Shown one piece after another: positions 15,477 through 24,184 of a stretch of 61,414 nt of DNA. The position numbers and the translations under genes are program-made. How positions within the stretch are numbered: the first letter of the stretch is position 1; each line of letters begins with the position of its first letter. The notes under the pieces are model-generated. The model searched no databases and was not told the DNA's origin. It worked only from the letters and a program-made list of their open reading frames with translations. This DNA comes from a virus (taxonomy: Duplodnaviria > Caudoviricetes): positions 1-61,414 of IMG/VR virus record IMGVR_UViG_3300027733_000059; one strand, given 5' to 3'.

Positions 15477-17730
15477 ATAATTTACTTGTTATGAATATAT
15501 GATTTCGAGCGAACTCTACTCCGTGTCCGCCGTGAGGTGAAGTAGCACTAATCGTTGTAGCATAATGAGCAATTTCGTGAACAATAGTAGGTTCCGCTTT
15601 TGAATAACCTCTGCTTACTCTCAAAATACTTACGGGTAGGTCGCCCTTAAATCCAATTTGATACGCCCCAGCCTCATTAGCAGATGAGACTTTAACCTCA
15701 AGATTATTTCCAGCAACCCCACCTTTTCCAAATGCCTCAACAAACCAATCTTGTCTTATTACATCTCTTACATAACCATTAAGACCTCGAGGCGTTCCAT
15801 CTAAATGCTTTTGTCCTAAAGGCGAAATTAGCGAGGTTGTAACTTTTTTAGACCAAGCAGTAAAATCTTTTGAATACTGTTTGTAGGCTTTGTCGTAATC
15901 AGCGTAATTAGTAAATTGTGTGCGATTAGGGGCAGAAGGCATATCTGCATTTTTATCTTGAATTTGATTATGATTTTTTTCTTCAGCAGCATAAACTTTG
16001 CTTACAAGAGGGTCAGGTTGTTTTTTCAATTCAAACATCTCGCGATGGCTTAATCCGCTTCCACCTTTTTGACCTGTAGCCCAGTTACCGTGAGTGGACT
16101 GGTCGTGTCCTCCGCCTTCGTGCTTTACAACACCACTCCAGCCTTTTGCATCATCTGTCAAAGAAAAAGAATGGTCAATTTTGATACCGTCTTGAGAATA
16201 AGAACGAGCAAAATTTAACATTGCAGTAGCAATGCCTTGGCGTTTGTATTCAGGTTCTACTTGAATTCTATCTATTATCGCTCCCGCTTCAGGTACAAAA
16301 TTATTAGGGCGACTAGATTCAAGGTCAGCAATTTGTTTCACTCCTCCATCAACAAAAAGATAACCTTTTGTAGTCATCGAGATATTTCCGTCTGCTGTTT
16401 TTTCGTTGTCGTGAAGTAGTTTTATTTTTGTGCCATCTTTAGTTTCATAAATGGCTGTCACTCTATTAGATGTCATTCCATCGTCATCGGTAGGATAAGA
16501 CTTATGTTCAATTTGTGTAATTCGTTGCTGAACTTCAATTTCTTTTGCGGAGCGCGCTGAACTATTAGCCCAAGAGCCGTGCGTCTTTTGGTCGTGTTCT
16601 TGGTGCTTTATTACATCTTCTTCATCACGGATAAAAGGAATAGTGTTAAATAAAGTATGAAAAATCATACCTAGTTCAACGCCTTTTTTAAGCGTATGAG
16701 GCTCAATCATTTTCACTTCAATGACCGTAAATGTTGTAGGCTCTTTGCGAGTCCAAGAATTAACTGTGATGTCTTGACCATCTTTAATTGGTCTTGTCTG
16801 ACGGTCATTTGTATACTTTACCGTAGAAGTCTCAATTTTAGAAAAGTTTCCAGTAATGGCTCCATCTCTAATAATTTCATAGCGGACTTTTGCTGCTGGG
16901 TCATTACTATCCATACTGTCCCAACTACGGTCCCTTGGGTCCTGGAATCTATACCCAGTTACTAAATCTTCGCCAGGTCTATTTAATTTGAAAGTTCTTG
17001 CTGAGACGGCACCTCTAGCCCAGTAAGGAGTAGTTACTGTTGTAATTCCTACTACTTGAAATTTACCGCTAGTAATAGTTTCAAAATCTGACGGGTAAAA
17101 ACTTTTCTCAGGCTTGACTGAGACACCTTTTGCGCCTTCTTGAATTTTTAGAATTACTTTTGTGTCGCTTGGTGTGTAAGACCTGTCTGCTGCATACCAT
17201 TGAGCCACACCCAAAGACCGAGTGGTTGAAACCAACGGCATATCAATTGTGTCACCCTCTTTGAGATTAGTGAACTGCTCAAGCAACGCTTTTGATTCTG
17301 CATCACCCGCTGCCATACCTCTATACAAAGTTGGTTGCGGACGACCATTGGCAATTGCTGTTAGAACTGCCTCGGTTTGATTTCTTACTGCGCCCGTTGA
17401 GGATGCACCAAAACCGCGTTGAGTTAAATAATTCTCAGAGCCACCAACATCTTTATCACTTTTAGGAACTGGCAAGCCAAGCATCTCGCCCGCGTACTGA
17501 CGGTATAAATCTACAAACTGGTCGCCATCGACACCGTGTTCCCAGTTTTCCCAAAATTTATCGGTGGTTCCAGTTGCGTTGCGTGGAGCGTCAGGAACTT
17601 TATCTTTTGGACTCCATCCCGATAACTCAGAGGTAACGCCTGTAGCCCAGTTTCCGTGTGTCTTTTGGTCGTGTTCTTGATGCTTGATAACTGGACGAAG
17701 CCCTGGCTCAAATTTAATCACTAGACTCAT
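15409..17730 (-). CDS. Tagged polyprotein 1: ADP-ribosyltransferase-like, GNAT and HEXXH zincin modules
   Basis: LYRG...LVSTTRS...DFETITSGKFQV; IDRIQVEPEYKRQGIATAML; IVHEIAHY...HGGHGVEF; three tags. Confidence 0.8.
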   Translation of the reverse strand: MSLVIKFEPGLRPVIKHQEHDQKTHGNWATGVTSELSGWSPKDKVPDAPRNATGTTDKFWENWEHGVDGDQFVDLYRQYAGEMLGLPVPKSDKDVGGSENYLTQRGFGASSTGAVRNQTEAVLTAIANGRPQPTLYRGMAAGDAESKALLEQFTNLKEGDTIDMPLVSTTRSLGVAQWYAADRSYTPSDTKVILKIQEGAKGVSVKPEKSFYPSDFETITSGKFQVVGITTVTTPYWARGAVSARTFKLNRPGEDLVTGYRFQDPRDRSWDSMDSNDPAAKVRYEIIRDGAITGNFSKIETSTVKYTNDRQTRPIKDGQDITVNSWTRKEPTTFTVIEVKMIEPHTLKKGVELGMIFHTLFNTIPFIRDEEDVIKHQEHDQKTHGSWANSSARSAKEIEVQQRITQIEHKSYPTDDDGMTSNRVTAIYETKDGTKIKLLHDNEKTADGNISMTTKGYLFVDGGVKQIADLESSRPNNFVPEAGAIIDRIQVEPEYKRQGIATAMLNFARSYSQDGIKIDHSFSLTDDAKGWSGVVKHEGGGHDQSTHGNWATGQKGGSGLSHREMFELKKQPDPLVSKVYAAEEKNHNQIQDKNADMPSAPNRTQFTNYADYDKAYKQYSKDFTAWSKKVTTSLISPLGQKHLDGTPRGLNGYVRDVIRQDWFVEAFGKGGVAGNNLEVKVSSANEAGAYQIGFKGDLPVSILRVSRGYSKAEPTIVHEIAHYATTISATSPHGGHGVEFARNHIFITSKLFGASFADGLETAYREAGVPLGD

Positions 17731-18734
17731 TGTGTTCCCCTATCAGGTGGAACTATCACCATTGTGCAACGGCAATGAGGGTGAACAATAGGCGCCTCAA
17801 GCCCGATAGAGAACACACCATTCCAAGGTGCCAACTCACCATCAAGCGGAGCGCATATCTCGCAAGTGCGCTCATCTTGGGCTGTTACCCACATCTTTTG
17901 AGCGCTAGGGTCTATGAAACCCGCTTCATCGGCTTGCTTCCAGCCTTCATAGCGACCTTCATTTTGTGCAATCTGAATCTCGGTGCGGGCAATCATTGTT
18001 GCTCGGGCAGAACGCAATCTATCTGCGTATTTAGATGCGGAGGTGGCAGATGCTTCGCGGGCTTTTGCCTCTTTCATCCCGCCTTTAATCAAACGCTCCA
18101 ACTCACGCTTTTCAAACTTTGTTACTGCTTCCGCCCACTTTGGGTGTAAACCAATAATGTTTTTAATACGGCGGGCTGTAGCGCGATAATCTATTTGTTC
18201 ATTAAATGAATCAATAATAATCTTACGAATTGCAATGCGTGTTAATTCATCAATGCTAACAATTAACTGCCCTGCTCTTTTAGATGCAAAGGCTAAAGAA
18301 TTAGGATTTGTTTTATTAAACGACATTGAGAATGTAACTGGAGGTGGCGTTGGGCTTGCCCAATCAGGAATCTTTGTAAAATCCATATTAGCCATAGGCG
18401 CCTTGTTTGTAATCTTTACAGGCTTAGGCAGAAATGCAGGTAAGAATAATTTAGGTGCAATAGATTGAATCTGTTGTATTGCCTCTTTACCGCCTATTTC
18501 GATAGATGTCATCAAGGCATCTTCAATCTGCTTTCTATTTCCTGCAACAGTAATTGCATTAAGAAGTCGATTTAAAGAATCAGGGTCCAGGCGTTGAATG
18601 ATACGAGCCAACTCTTCAACCTTGATTGTGTTGGTTGATTTACGAATCGCTTCGTAGAGAACGCGGGCTAACGCCTGTTCTTCCGCTGTTAATGGATTAC
18701 GACGGTTTCCGTCTCTGCCAAAGATTAGAGGCAT
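17727..18734 (-). CDS. MuF / SPP1 gp7-family head morphogenesis protein, short form
   Basis: RATMIARTE...KMWVTAQDERTCEICAPLDG...HPHCRC; directly after the portal. Confidence 0.9.
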   Translation of the reverse strand: MPLIFGRDGNRRNPLTAEEQALARVLYEAIRKSTNTIKVEELARIIQRLDPDSLNRLLNAITVAGNRKQIEDALMTSIEIGGKEAIQQIQSIAPKLFLPAFLPKPVKITNKAPMANMDFTKIPDWASPTPPPVTFSMSFNKTNPNSLAFASKRAGQLIVSIDELTRIAIRKIIIDSFNEQIDYRATARRIKNIIGLHPKWAEAVTKFEKRELERLIKGGMKEAKAREASATSASKYADRLRSARATMIARTEIQIAQNEGRYEGWKQADEAGFIDPSAQKMWVTAQDERTCEICAPLDGELAPWNGVFSIGLEAPIVHPHCRCTMVIVPPDRGTQ

Positions 18735-18736
18735 TG

Positions 18737-20152
18737 TTAATCCACATCGCCGTCTAGCGGTTCTGCTCCTTCAGGAATCTCTAACTCTTCTTCCAATGAT
18801 GGAGGTGCATCGAATCCAGCGTCATCTGCCCCTTCAGGCATAGGAGGCATACCGAAGTTTGCTCCATCGTGTTCTGCTGGAGGTAAACCTGCCAACTCAC
18901 GAAGATAATCTTCCAACTTAGGGTCAGGCATAAGAACGCCCGCTTGAGCCAACTTAGTTACGAAGTCTGAAATCTCAGTTAAATCAACGTGGCTTACTTC
19001 ACCGTAAGTTAGGTAAGGAGCGCGAGATATATCCATTCCGTTTAACTTCATCAAGCGAGGAATAGCGTATTGATTCATTACTTCAGCAATGTTTTTAGCA
19101 ATTGAATCAACTGCCATTGACCATAAATCCATCTTTGATGCGCCAAGAGCGTAAGAGCCAACTCTGTCTGAGCCTAGAAGGATAAAGTCTGACAGGATTG
19201 ACATTGACATACGTTGGTCATAGCGATTGATAATCTTGTCTGTATCGAATTGACGAGAACCGCCTGATGAGAGCAACTGTAAGTCAAACATCTTGTGTCC
19301 AGCATCGTCATACATCGCTGGCATAACAATGCCTTCTTGTTCATTGCGCTTGATAGATGTAACAATGCTTTGAATCGAGGCTAATACTTGCTGCTGCTCG
19401 ACTGTTGCTGATGAAGAAAGATATTCAGGTGGTAGGTAGGCAACTGGCAAACCTGCTAAGTCGCGCTCAATACCGATTGCTTCAATTTCTTCAATACGGC
19501 GCTTGAAAAACCAAGGACGGTAAGCATTACGAAGAATGGAGCGACCTTCAGGGTTATTCTTTGTTGTTACTGTACGGAAAAGCAAAGCCTTATCAATTGG
19601 AATTGTATGTATTCCACCCGTTGATGGGTCTACTTGCACCATCGCTTGAATTCCGCCGTCTGCATCAATCTCCCAACGGAATAAAGTTTCCTGGGCGCGA
19701 ATAGGCATCTTGCGCCAACCGATTTTTCCGTCGTTGTGCTTTGAGCGTTTCTTTGGGTCGTTGCCATCGCCCTTGCGGACTTTGTAAACAATTTCGTGAT
19801 ACGAGAATCCAAAAACTAACATTGAAAGAATTTGTGAAAGTGTTGCATCCCAGGAATCGGACATATCGTGAATACACGATTCAATAAATGCTGCTGCTTC
19901 TTTATCTTCAGGCTTTACATCGCCGTCTGATGAATCATCGCTATATGGGTCTACGCGCCATTCAAGACGAGTAATAACTTTTTCAACTGCAAACAGCATT
20001 GACCCGATTGTTGGGTCGTTATCTGCCATTTCGCGGTATGTCTTTGCACCGCGTATGCCTCTAAGATTGACGAGAAATTCTTCATAAACTGTTCCGCCTG
20101 AACGGCGTAAACCAGTTGAGCCAAACTCCTGTAGGTCAGGTCTTTCTGCCAT
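18737..20152 (-). CDS. Portal protein (DUF935 / Mu gp29-like)
   Basis: 471 aa; NNPEGRSILRNAY...IERDLAGLPV...GSYALG; acidic tail. Confidence 0.9.
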   Translation of the reverse strand: MAERPDLQEFGSTGLRRSGGTVYEEFLVNLRGIRGAKTYREMADNDPTIGSMLFAVEKVITRLEWRVDPYSDDSSDGDVKPEDKEAAAFIESCIHDMSDSWDATLSQILSMLVFGFSYHEIVYKVRKGDGNDPKKRSKHNDGKIGWRKMPIRAQETLFRWEIDADGGIQAMVQVDPSTGGIHTIPIDKALLFRTVTTKNNPEGRSILRNAYRPWFFKRRIEEIEAIGIERDLAGLPVAYLPPEYLSSSATVEQQQVLASIQSIVTSIKRNEQEGIVMPAMYDDAGHKMFDLQLLSSGGSRQFDTDKIINRYDQRMSMSILSDFILLGSDRVGSYALGASKMDLWSMAVDSIAKNIAEVMNQYAIPRLMKLNGMDISRAPYLTYGEVSHVDLTEISDFVTKLAQAGVLMPDPKLEDYLRELAGLPPAEHDGANFGMPPMPEGADDAGFDAPPSLEEELEIPEGAEPLDGDVD

Positions 20153-20165
20153 TTGTGCCTCTCGC

Positions 20166-20318
20166 CTACTCTTTGTGCGCTAATCCGACAACAATTTTAA
20201 TTGCTTGCTCTTCATCAAATCCTGCATTTTTTAACTCCAAGAATAATTCGTGGGTCTGAATAGCAAAACTGCTGAGAACGGAGATAACGCCATCGTCGGG
20301 TACGAAGTCGTTATACAC
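20166..20318 (-). CDS. Unannotated 50-aa protein, probably leaderless
   Basis: GTG 6 nt after TATAAT; ...THELFLELKNAGFDEEQAIKIV. Confidence 0.6.
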   Translation of the reverse strand: MYNDFVPDDGVISVLSSFAIQTHELFLELKNAGFDEEQAIKIVVGLAHKE

Positions 20319-20350
20319 CTCACGATTATAGCGGTATACGAATTTAGCCT

Positions 20351-20650
20351 TTATTCTCCATCAAAGACGAACTCGCGAGAATTCAAACGCAAGTTAGCAA
20401 CTTCAACGGCAAGTTTGCGAGCCATATCTTTTGTTCCAGCAAAGCCGTAAATTCTGCTTTCCAACTCTCCGCCTAATGCGTCGAATGAACGGAAAACGAT
20501 TTTGAATGGAAGTTCATAACTCTCCTCAGTCATCTCAATCTCGACATACTCACGCAGAGCAATCTGATGAGAAACATACGGCTTACCTAGTGCAGATACA
20601 ACTACCTTTGACCCAGCAATGCTGGATACGAAATAATCAGTCCACGCCAT
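20351..20650 (-). CDS. Hypothetical protein
   Basis: 99-aa ORF with purine-rich RBS. Confidence 0.6.
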   Translation of the reverse strand: MAWTDYFVSSIAGSKVVVSALGKPYVSHQIALREYVEIEMTEESYELPFKIVFRSFDALGGELESRIYGFAGTKDMARKLAVEVANLRLNSREFVFDGE

Positions 20651-20697
20651 TTCCTACCCCCTTCAGAGTATTTTCAACCCCTATCATACAACACGGG

Positions 20698-21141
20698 TTA
20701 GAAAGGTGCCACATCTGAAAGAGGCTTACTCCAAGGGTCAAACTCTGATACTGGGCTTGGTGGATTAAATGAGGCGTCCGTGCGCTCAACTACGGGGACG
20801 TGATAGGTATGGCGCTTAAGGTCTGCCCCAACGCTCCACGCTGTAACCGTAATCTTTGAACGCTTTTGCCCTGTGTTTTTATCTTCCCAGGATTCTTGAA
20901 CGGCTGTTCCTGATACAACAACAGAAACACCTTTACGAAGAGCATCTGCAACATTCTCAGCGGTCTTGCCCCACGCTTTAATATCCCAAAAAGTTGTGTC
21001 CGTATTTTCCCAAGTTCCATCCGCGTTCTTGGATGACTTTGATGAAACTACTGTAAATGTGGCTAACGCTTTTGCGTTTTGTGTGAATTTTAATTCAGGG
21101 TCAGCAACTAGATTTCCTGTGATTGTGATTGGTGCGCTCAT
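20698..21141 (-). CDS. ssb: Single-stranded DNA-binding protein
   Basis: ITITGNLVADPELKFT...WGKTAENVADAL; C-terminal DVAPF; actinobacterial type. Confidence 0.93.
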   Translation of the reverse strand: MSAPITITGNLVADPELKFTQNAKALATFTVVSSKSSKNADGTWENTDTTFWDIKAWGKTAENVADALRKGVSVVVSGTAVQESWEDKNTGQKRSKITVTAWSVGADLKRHTYHVPVVERTDASFNPPSPVSEFDPWSKPLSDVAPF

Positions 21142-21422
21142 TTTTTATGCCTCTCGTTTGTCATTGGTTTTCCTATTATGTTTAGTTTTTTTCTTAGTGC
21201 ATCTCTTTGTTTTAAGGTTGTTCCGCCCCAAATACCAAGCACTTTGTAATGTAGCGCATAGGTCAGACATTCTGTTTTCCATACACAAGTGCTACAAATC
21301 TTTTTTGCTAACAGATTCTCCTGACTGACTTTGTTCTGCTCGGGAAAGTAATAATCCGTCTCCACCCCCGAGCAACTCGCTCCCTCGAACTGCCACGGCA
21401 TCTTCATCAAATTCCTCTCCAA
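21138..21422 (-). CDS. whiB: WhiB-family Fe-S transcription regulator
   Basis: C...AKKICSTCVWKTECL...GIWGG. Confidence 0.9.
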   Translation of the reverse strand: MERNLMKMPWQFEGASCSGVETDYYFPEQNKVSQENLLAKKICSTCVWKTECLTYALHYKVLGIWGGTTLKQRDALRKKLNIIGKPMTNERHKK

Positions 21423-21669
21423 CTATCAAACGGTTTGGGAAAGCAGAATCTAACTTAGCCAAAACTCGACCATTACGCCATACCTTGCCAGCGCAAACTC
21501 CATCATAAAAATTACTCTTAGGCTCAACTAAATCGTTACAGTTTTGCCAAAAAGGGCAGCCCTTACAAATTTGTAAAGCGGGCATTGCTAAATCAATTTG
21601 ATATTGGTCAAAAAGCCACGGGTCAGAGTGACGGCACGGAGCCTCATCAACAAAAGAACTTAAACCCAT
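21292..21669 (-). CDS. WhiB-like protein (divergent)
   Basis: APCRHSDPWLFD...ICKGCPFWQNC...GVCAG. Confidence 0.75.
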   Translation of the reverse strand: MGLSSFVDEAPCRHSDPWLFDQYQIDLAMPALQICKGCPFWQNCNDLVEPKSNFYDGVCAGKVWRNGRVLAKLDSAFPNRLIVGEEFDEDAVAVRGSELLGGGDGLLLSRAEQSQSGESVSKKDL

Positions 21670-21780
21670 ATTGTAATTGTGACAGACTACTTATTAGATT
21701 CGGCGGATTCGGCACCCTTGCGTGTCGTAACTCCAAAGCGCTCTTCAAGCAATTCTTTGAGAAGGGCTAACCGTTCTTGC

Positions 21781-22041
21781 TCAATCTTTTGGGTCATCTT
21801 TGAATCCGATGTCATCATTCGCCTCCCAAGTTGCTAAAGCGTGATGAACTAATCCCTTATGTCGCCAATCAGGGTTATCATCATCGGCAAGTGTGAGTGT
21901 CCAATATTCTTTTTCGCCCTCGCCCATCCATTCTGATACTAGAACCCATCCAGTACAGATTGCAGGGTCAAGAAAGGCGATGCGCCCGATTTCGGCGAGC
22001 GCATCGTCAATCAATGAAGGTCTTTTATTTTCCTCACTCAT
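21781..22041 (-). CDS. Hypothetical protein
   Basis: 86-aa ORF; TGWVLVSEW...WRHKGL. Confidence 0.6.
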   Translation of the reverse strand: MSEENKRPSLIDDALAEIGRIAFLDPAICTGWVLVSEWMGEGEKEYWTLTLADDDNPDWRHKGLVHHALATWEANDDIGFKDDPKD

Positions 22042-22050
22042 ACCGTGAGG

Positions 22051-22512
22051 TTAATACCAAAAGTTTGAACTCCAAAAGCGCCACGCCGAGCAGGGTGAGC
22101 CATAACGAGATTCGAGATAAACAAGCCCTCGTTCGATTTGTCGTTCAACTGTGGTGTCAGGGTCAAGTCCGAGAATCTGAGGAATCCCTCCAGCGTGGAG
22201 TTTTTCGCCATTCTGACGGACGGGTGTTTTGTTGTAAGCATCGGGACGCCAATTGCTCTCTTTGGTCCACAGCGATAGCAGACATTCCCATTGAGTAGGA
22301 GTGTTCCAACCGAATTGGGACAATTGAGTTTTGGCATAGACCTTGGATGCTTCAGGTGTGCGCTCTACCAAAATTGGTTTTGGCGCTTCCACTACTTCAA
22401 CCGCTTGAGCAACTGGGTCAGGCGGAATGTGGAAAGGATTTAGAATTATGAAACCAAGTACGAGAATCGCTACTGGAATCGGTTTGGAAATAACTTTTTC
22501 ATAGAATCGCAT
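22051..22512 (-). CDS. Membrane-anchored lytic transglycosylase (SLT-like)
   Basis: N-terminal TM; WECLLSLWTKESNWRPDAYN...GIPQ...YLESRYGSPCSAW; GGAGG RBS. Confidence 0.85.
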   Translation of the reverse strand: MRFYEKVISKPIPVAILVLGFIILNPFHIPPDPVAQAVEVVEAPKPILVERTPEASKVYAKTQLSQFGWNTPTQWECLLSLWTKESNWRPDAYNKTPVRQNGEKLHAGGIPQILGLDPDTTVERQIERGLVYLESRYGSPCSAWRFWSSNFWY

Positions 22513-22523
22513 AATCCTCCATA

Positions 22524-22619
22524 GTTCGGAGCGAATTCTTTGTCGCTACTGGATGTAGCGCTTCACGAATTGTCAGTATCGGACTGACCTCGCTTTTGAG
22601 GTGTAGGTGTTTTGCGAAC
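22524..22619 (-). ncRNA. Candidate structured 5' leader of the transglycosylase gene
   Basis: Multi-stem fold: GTTCG/CGAAC enclosing CCTC/GAGG, TCAGT/ACTGA and AATTC/GAATT with inner CGCTAC/GTAGCG. Confidence 0.45.
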
Positions 22620-22796
22620 CTGTAATAAAGGTAGCAGATAAAGATGAATGGATGTCAAGGATATTTTTAACTGGAGTTGGGCGTTCGGTGGCGGAGCAGA
22701 TAAGTCACGCTAGAGAGAGGACGGACGCGCAACGAAGCATCAACGCCACCGAACTATGGGTACCCGATAGGAATGGTACCCCATTGCCTAGCAAGT

Positions 22797-22831
22797 CACC
22801 CACCAGTAGCCCAAAAAGAAACTGGTGGGTG
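22797..22831. terminator. Stem-loop downstream of 22842..23294
   Basis: CACCCACCAGT ... ACTGGTGGGTG 11-bp stem. Confidence 0.6.
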
Positions 22832-22841
22832 AACCTTTTAT

Positions 22842-23294
22842 TTAGTCGAGGCGATTACCCGCGAAGGCTTCGATTCCGTACTTTCCAAGAACCTCAGCGA
22901 AGGCTTGGGCAAAAGCATATTTACGGTCTACGCTCTGTCCGAATTCACGAACCCAAATCTCGTAACCGCCGTAATAACCTTTGCTGCCAATCTCTTGAGA
23001 CTTTAACCAATTCACAAACGCACCTCGCGCTGGAGAAATGTTTACCCAAGCGAATCCGCAAAGACCGTCAAGGATGTAAGTTTTTTTGTTAAAGTCAATA
23101 TCGCTCCCAAGTGGAGTAGTTGGTGAACCAACTACAAACTTTGGAGTGTCGGCATCTTTGCCAGCAGCAAGACCAGCCTCGTATGCTTCAACATAAATTG
23201 CCTTGCATTGAGTCTTTGTTAAAGCCTTCTTTTTTTCGATGACTACTGTTGTCATTTTGTATCCCCTCTCTTGGTTACAAAGTAAGTATATCAA
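22842..23294 (-). CDS. Conserved-looking hypothetical phage protein (probable start MTTVV)
   Basis: CGFAWVNI...QSVDRKYAFAQAFAEVL; upstream TTGCAT-17-TATACT promoter and GAGAGG RBS. Confidence 0.65.
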   Translation of the reverse strand: MIYLLCNQERGYKMTTVVIEKKKALTKTQCKAIYVEAYEAGLAAGKDADTPKFVVGSPTTPLGSDIDFNKKTYILDGLCGFAWVNISPARGAFVNWLKSQEIGSKGYYGGYEIWVREFGQSVDRKYAFAQAFAEVLGKYGIEAFAGNRLD

Positions 23295-23453
23295 ACCCTA
23301 GTTAGTTATGCAACTACCTTGGCTTGGTTTTTAATTTGTTGTTCTTGGCACTCTCCATAAAGTTTGTGATTTGTTTGACGGTTGATTACATAGATTCCGC
23401 ACTCTTTACAGACTGCTGCGTATCTTTCCATTTTGCATCCCCCTCTGAGATAA

Positions 23454-23711
23454 TTAGTAACTGACTTTTATTGGCGCCCACTTAACGCCAACCAAAGAAC
23501 CTGCTGTTTGCTCTTGCAATTCAGCAATCTTTTTTTGACCTTCAGCGATTTGTTTTTCAGCCTCTTGGTAAGCCCTACCCCAAGTGATTGCTTCGATTAC
23601 TCCCTCAAAATATGGAGCGTAATCTTCGAAACTGTAAGTTCCGTCTGAGTAGTTGTAAACTCTGAATTTGTTGAAGTAAATCTTGCTGCCGACTTTGACT
23701 TTCTGACTCAT
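23454..23711 (-). CDS. Hypothetical early protein
   Basis: Own TTGAAT-17-TATACT promoter and GAGAGAGG RBS. Confidence 0.65.
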   Translation of the reverse strand: MSQKVKVGSKIYFNKFRVYNYSDGTYSFEDYAPYFEGVIEAITWGRAYQEAEKQIAEGQKKIAELQEQTAGSLVGVKWAPIKVSY

Positions 23712-23748
23712 TTTTTGTCCTCTCTCGACCTTGTATAACCAGTATATC

Positions 23749-24184
23749 CTACTTGGGTTGGTTATTCAAATCCTGTTGAGCGTGTCGCTTGTCGGCTTCT
23801 TCGGACAGCAAGCGCTCGCGCTCGCGAGCGCGTATGCGGGCGAGGGAGGCTTCAGAGACCTTTAGGGGCTGTTTGAACTTTGCCCAGGATGGAATTAACA
23901 CTAGAACCACCGTCCCGTCTCTATTGACCCCACAATGCCGAATACAGCCAAGATTGCCAGCGCTATCAATGAGCCTTCGAAATTCTCTGCCCAGCGACGA
24001 CCTTTGGCGCTTAGGCGGATTCCCTTACTTGCTAATCGCTTCTCTATCATTACGCACTCCTCCCTTTGATTGCTCGAACTAATCCGTACTGCTCAAGGGC
24101 AAAATCTGATTCGCACCTAAAGCAATAGGCTTTTTCCTTAACGATGGTGATTCTGTATTCACTACCGCACATAAAGCATTTCAT
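23749..24184 (-). CDS. Three coupled small ORFs under 60 aa (CxxC protein MKCFMCGS..., TM protein MIEKRLAS..., basic protein MLIPSWAK...)
   Basis: Read manually; start/stop overlaps and a GGAGG RBS. Confidence 0.45.

Noticed and set aside
8496-17685. The repeated CCGTG-N-GTCTTTTGGTCGTG DNA as a CRISPR array or DNA-level repeat
   Set aside because: Spacing is irregular (hundreds to thousands of bp), copies are in coding frame and they vary at third codon positions, so it is a peptide motif
22524-22619. tRNA or c-di-AMP riboswitch identity for the multi-stem element
   Set aside because: No T-loop/CCA geometry and no ydaO consensus segments
22607-23092. 161-aa + strand ORF
   Set aside because: Antisense to 22842..23294 and runs across a hairpin-rich intergenic region; no recognisable motifs
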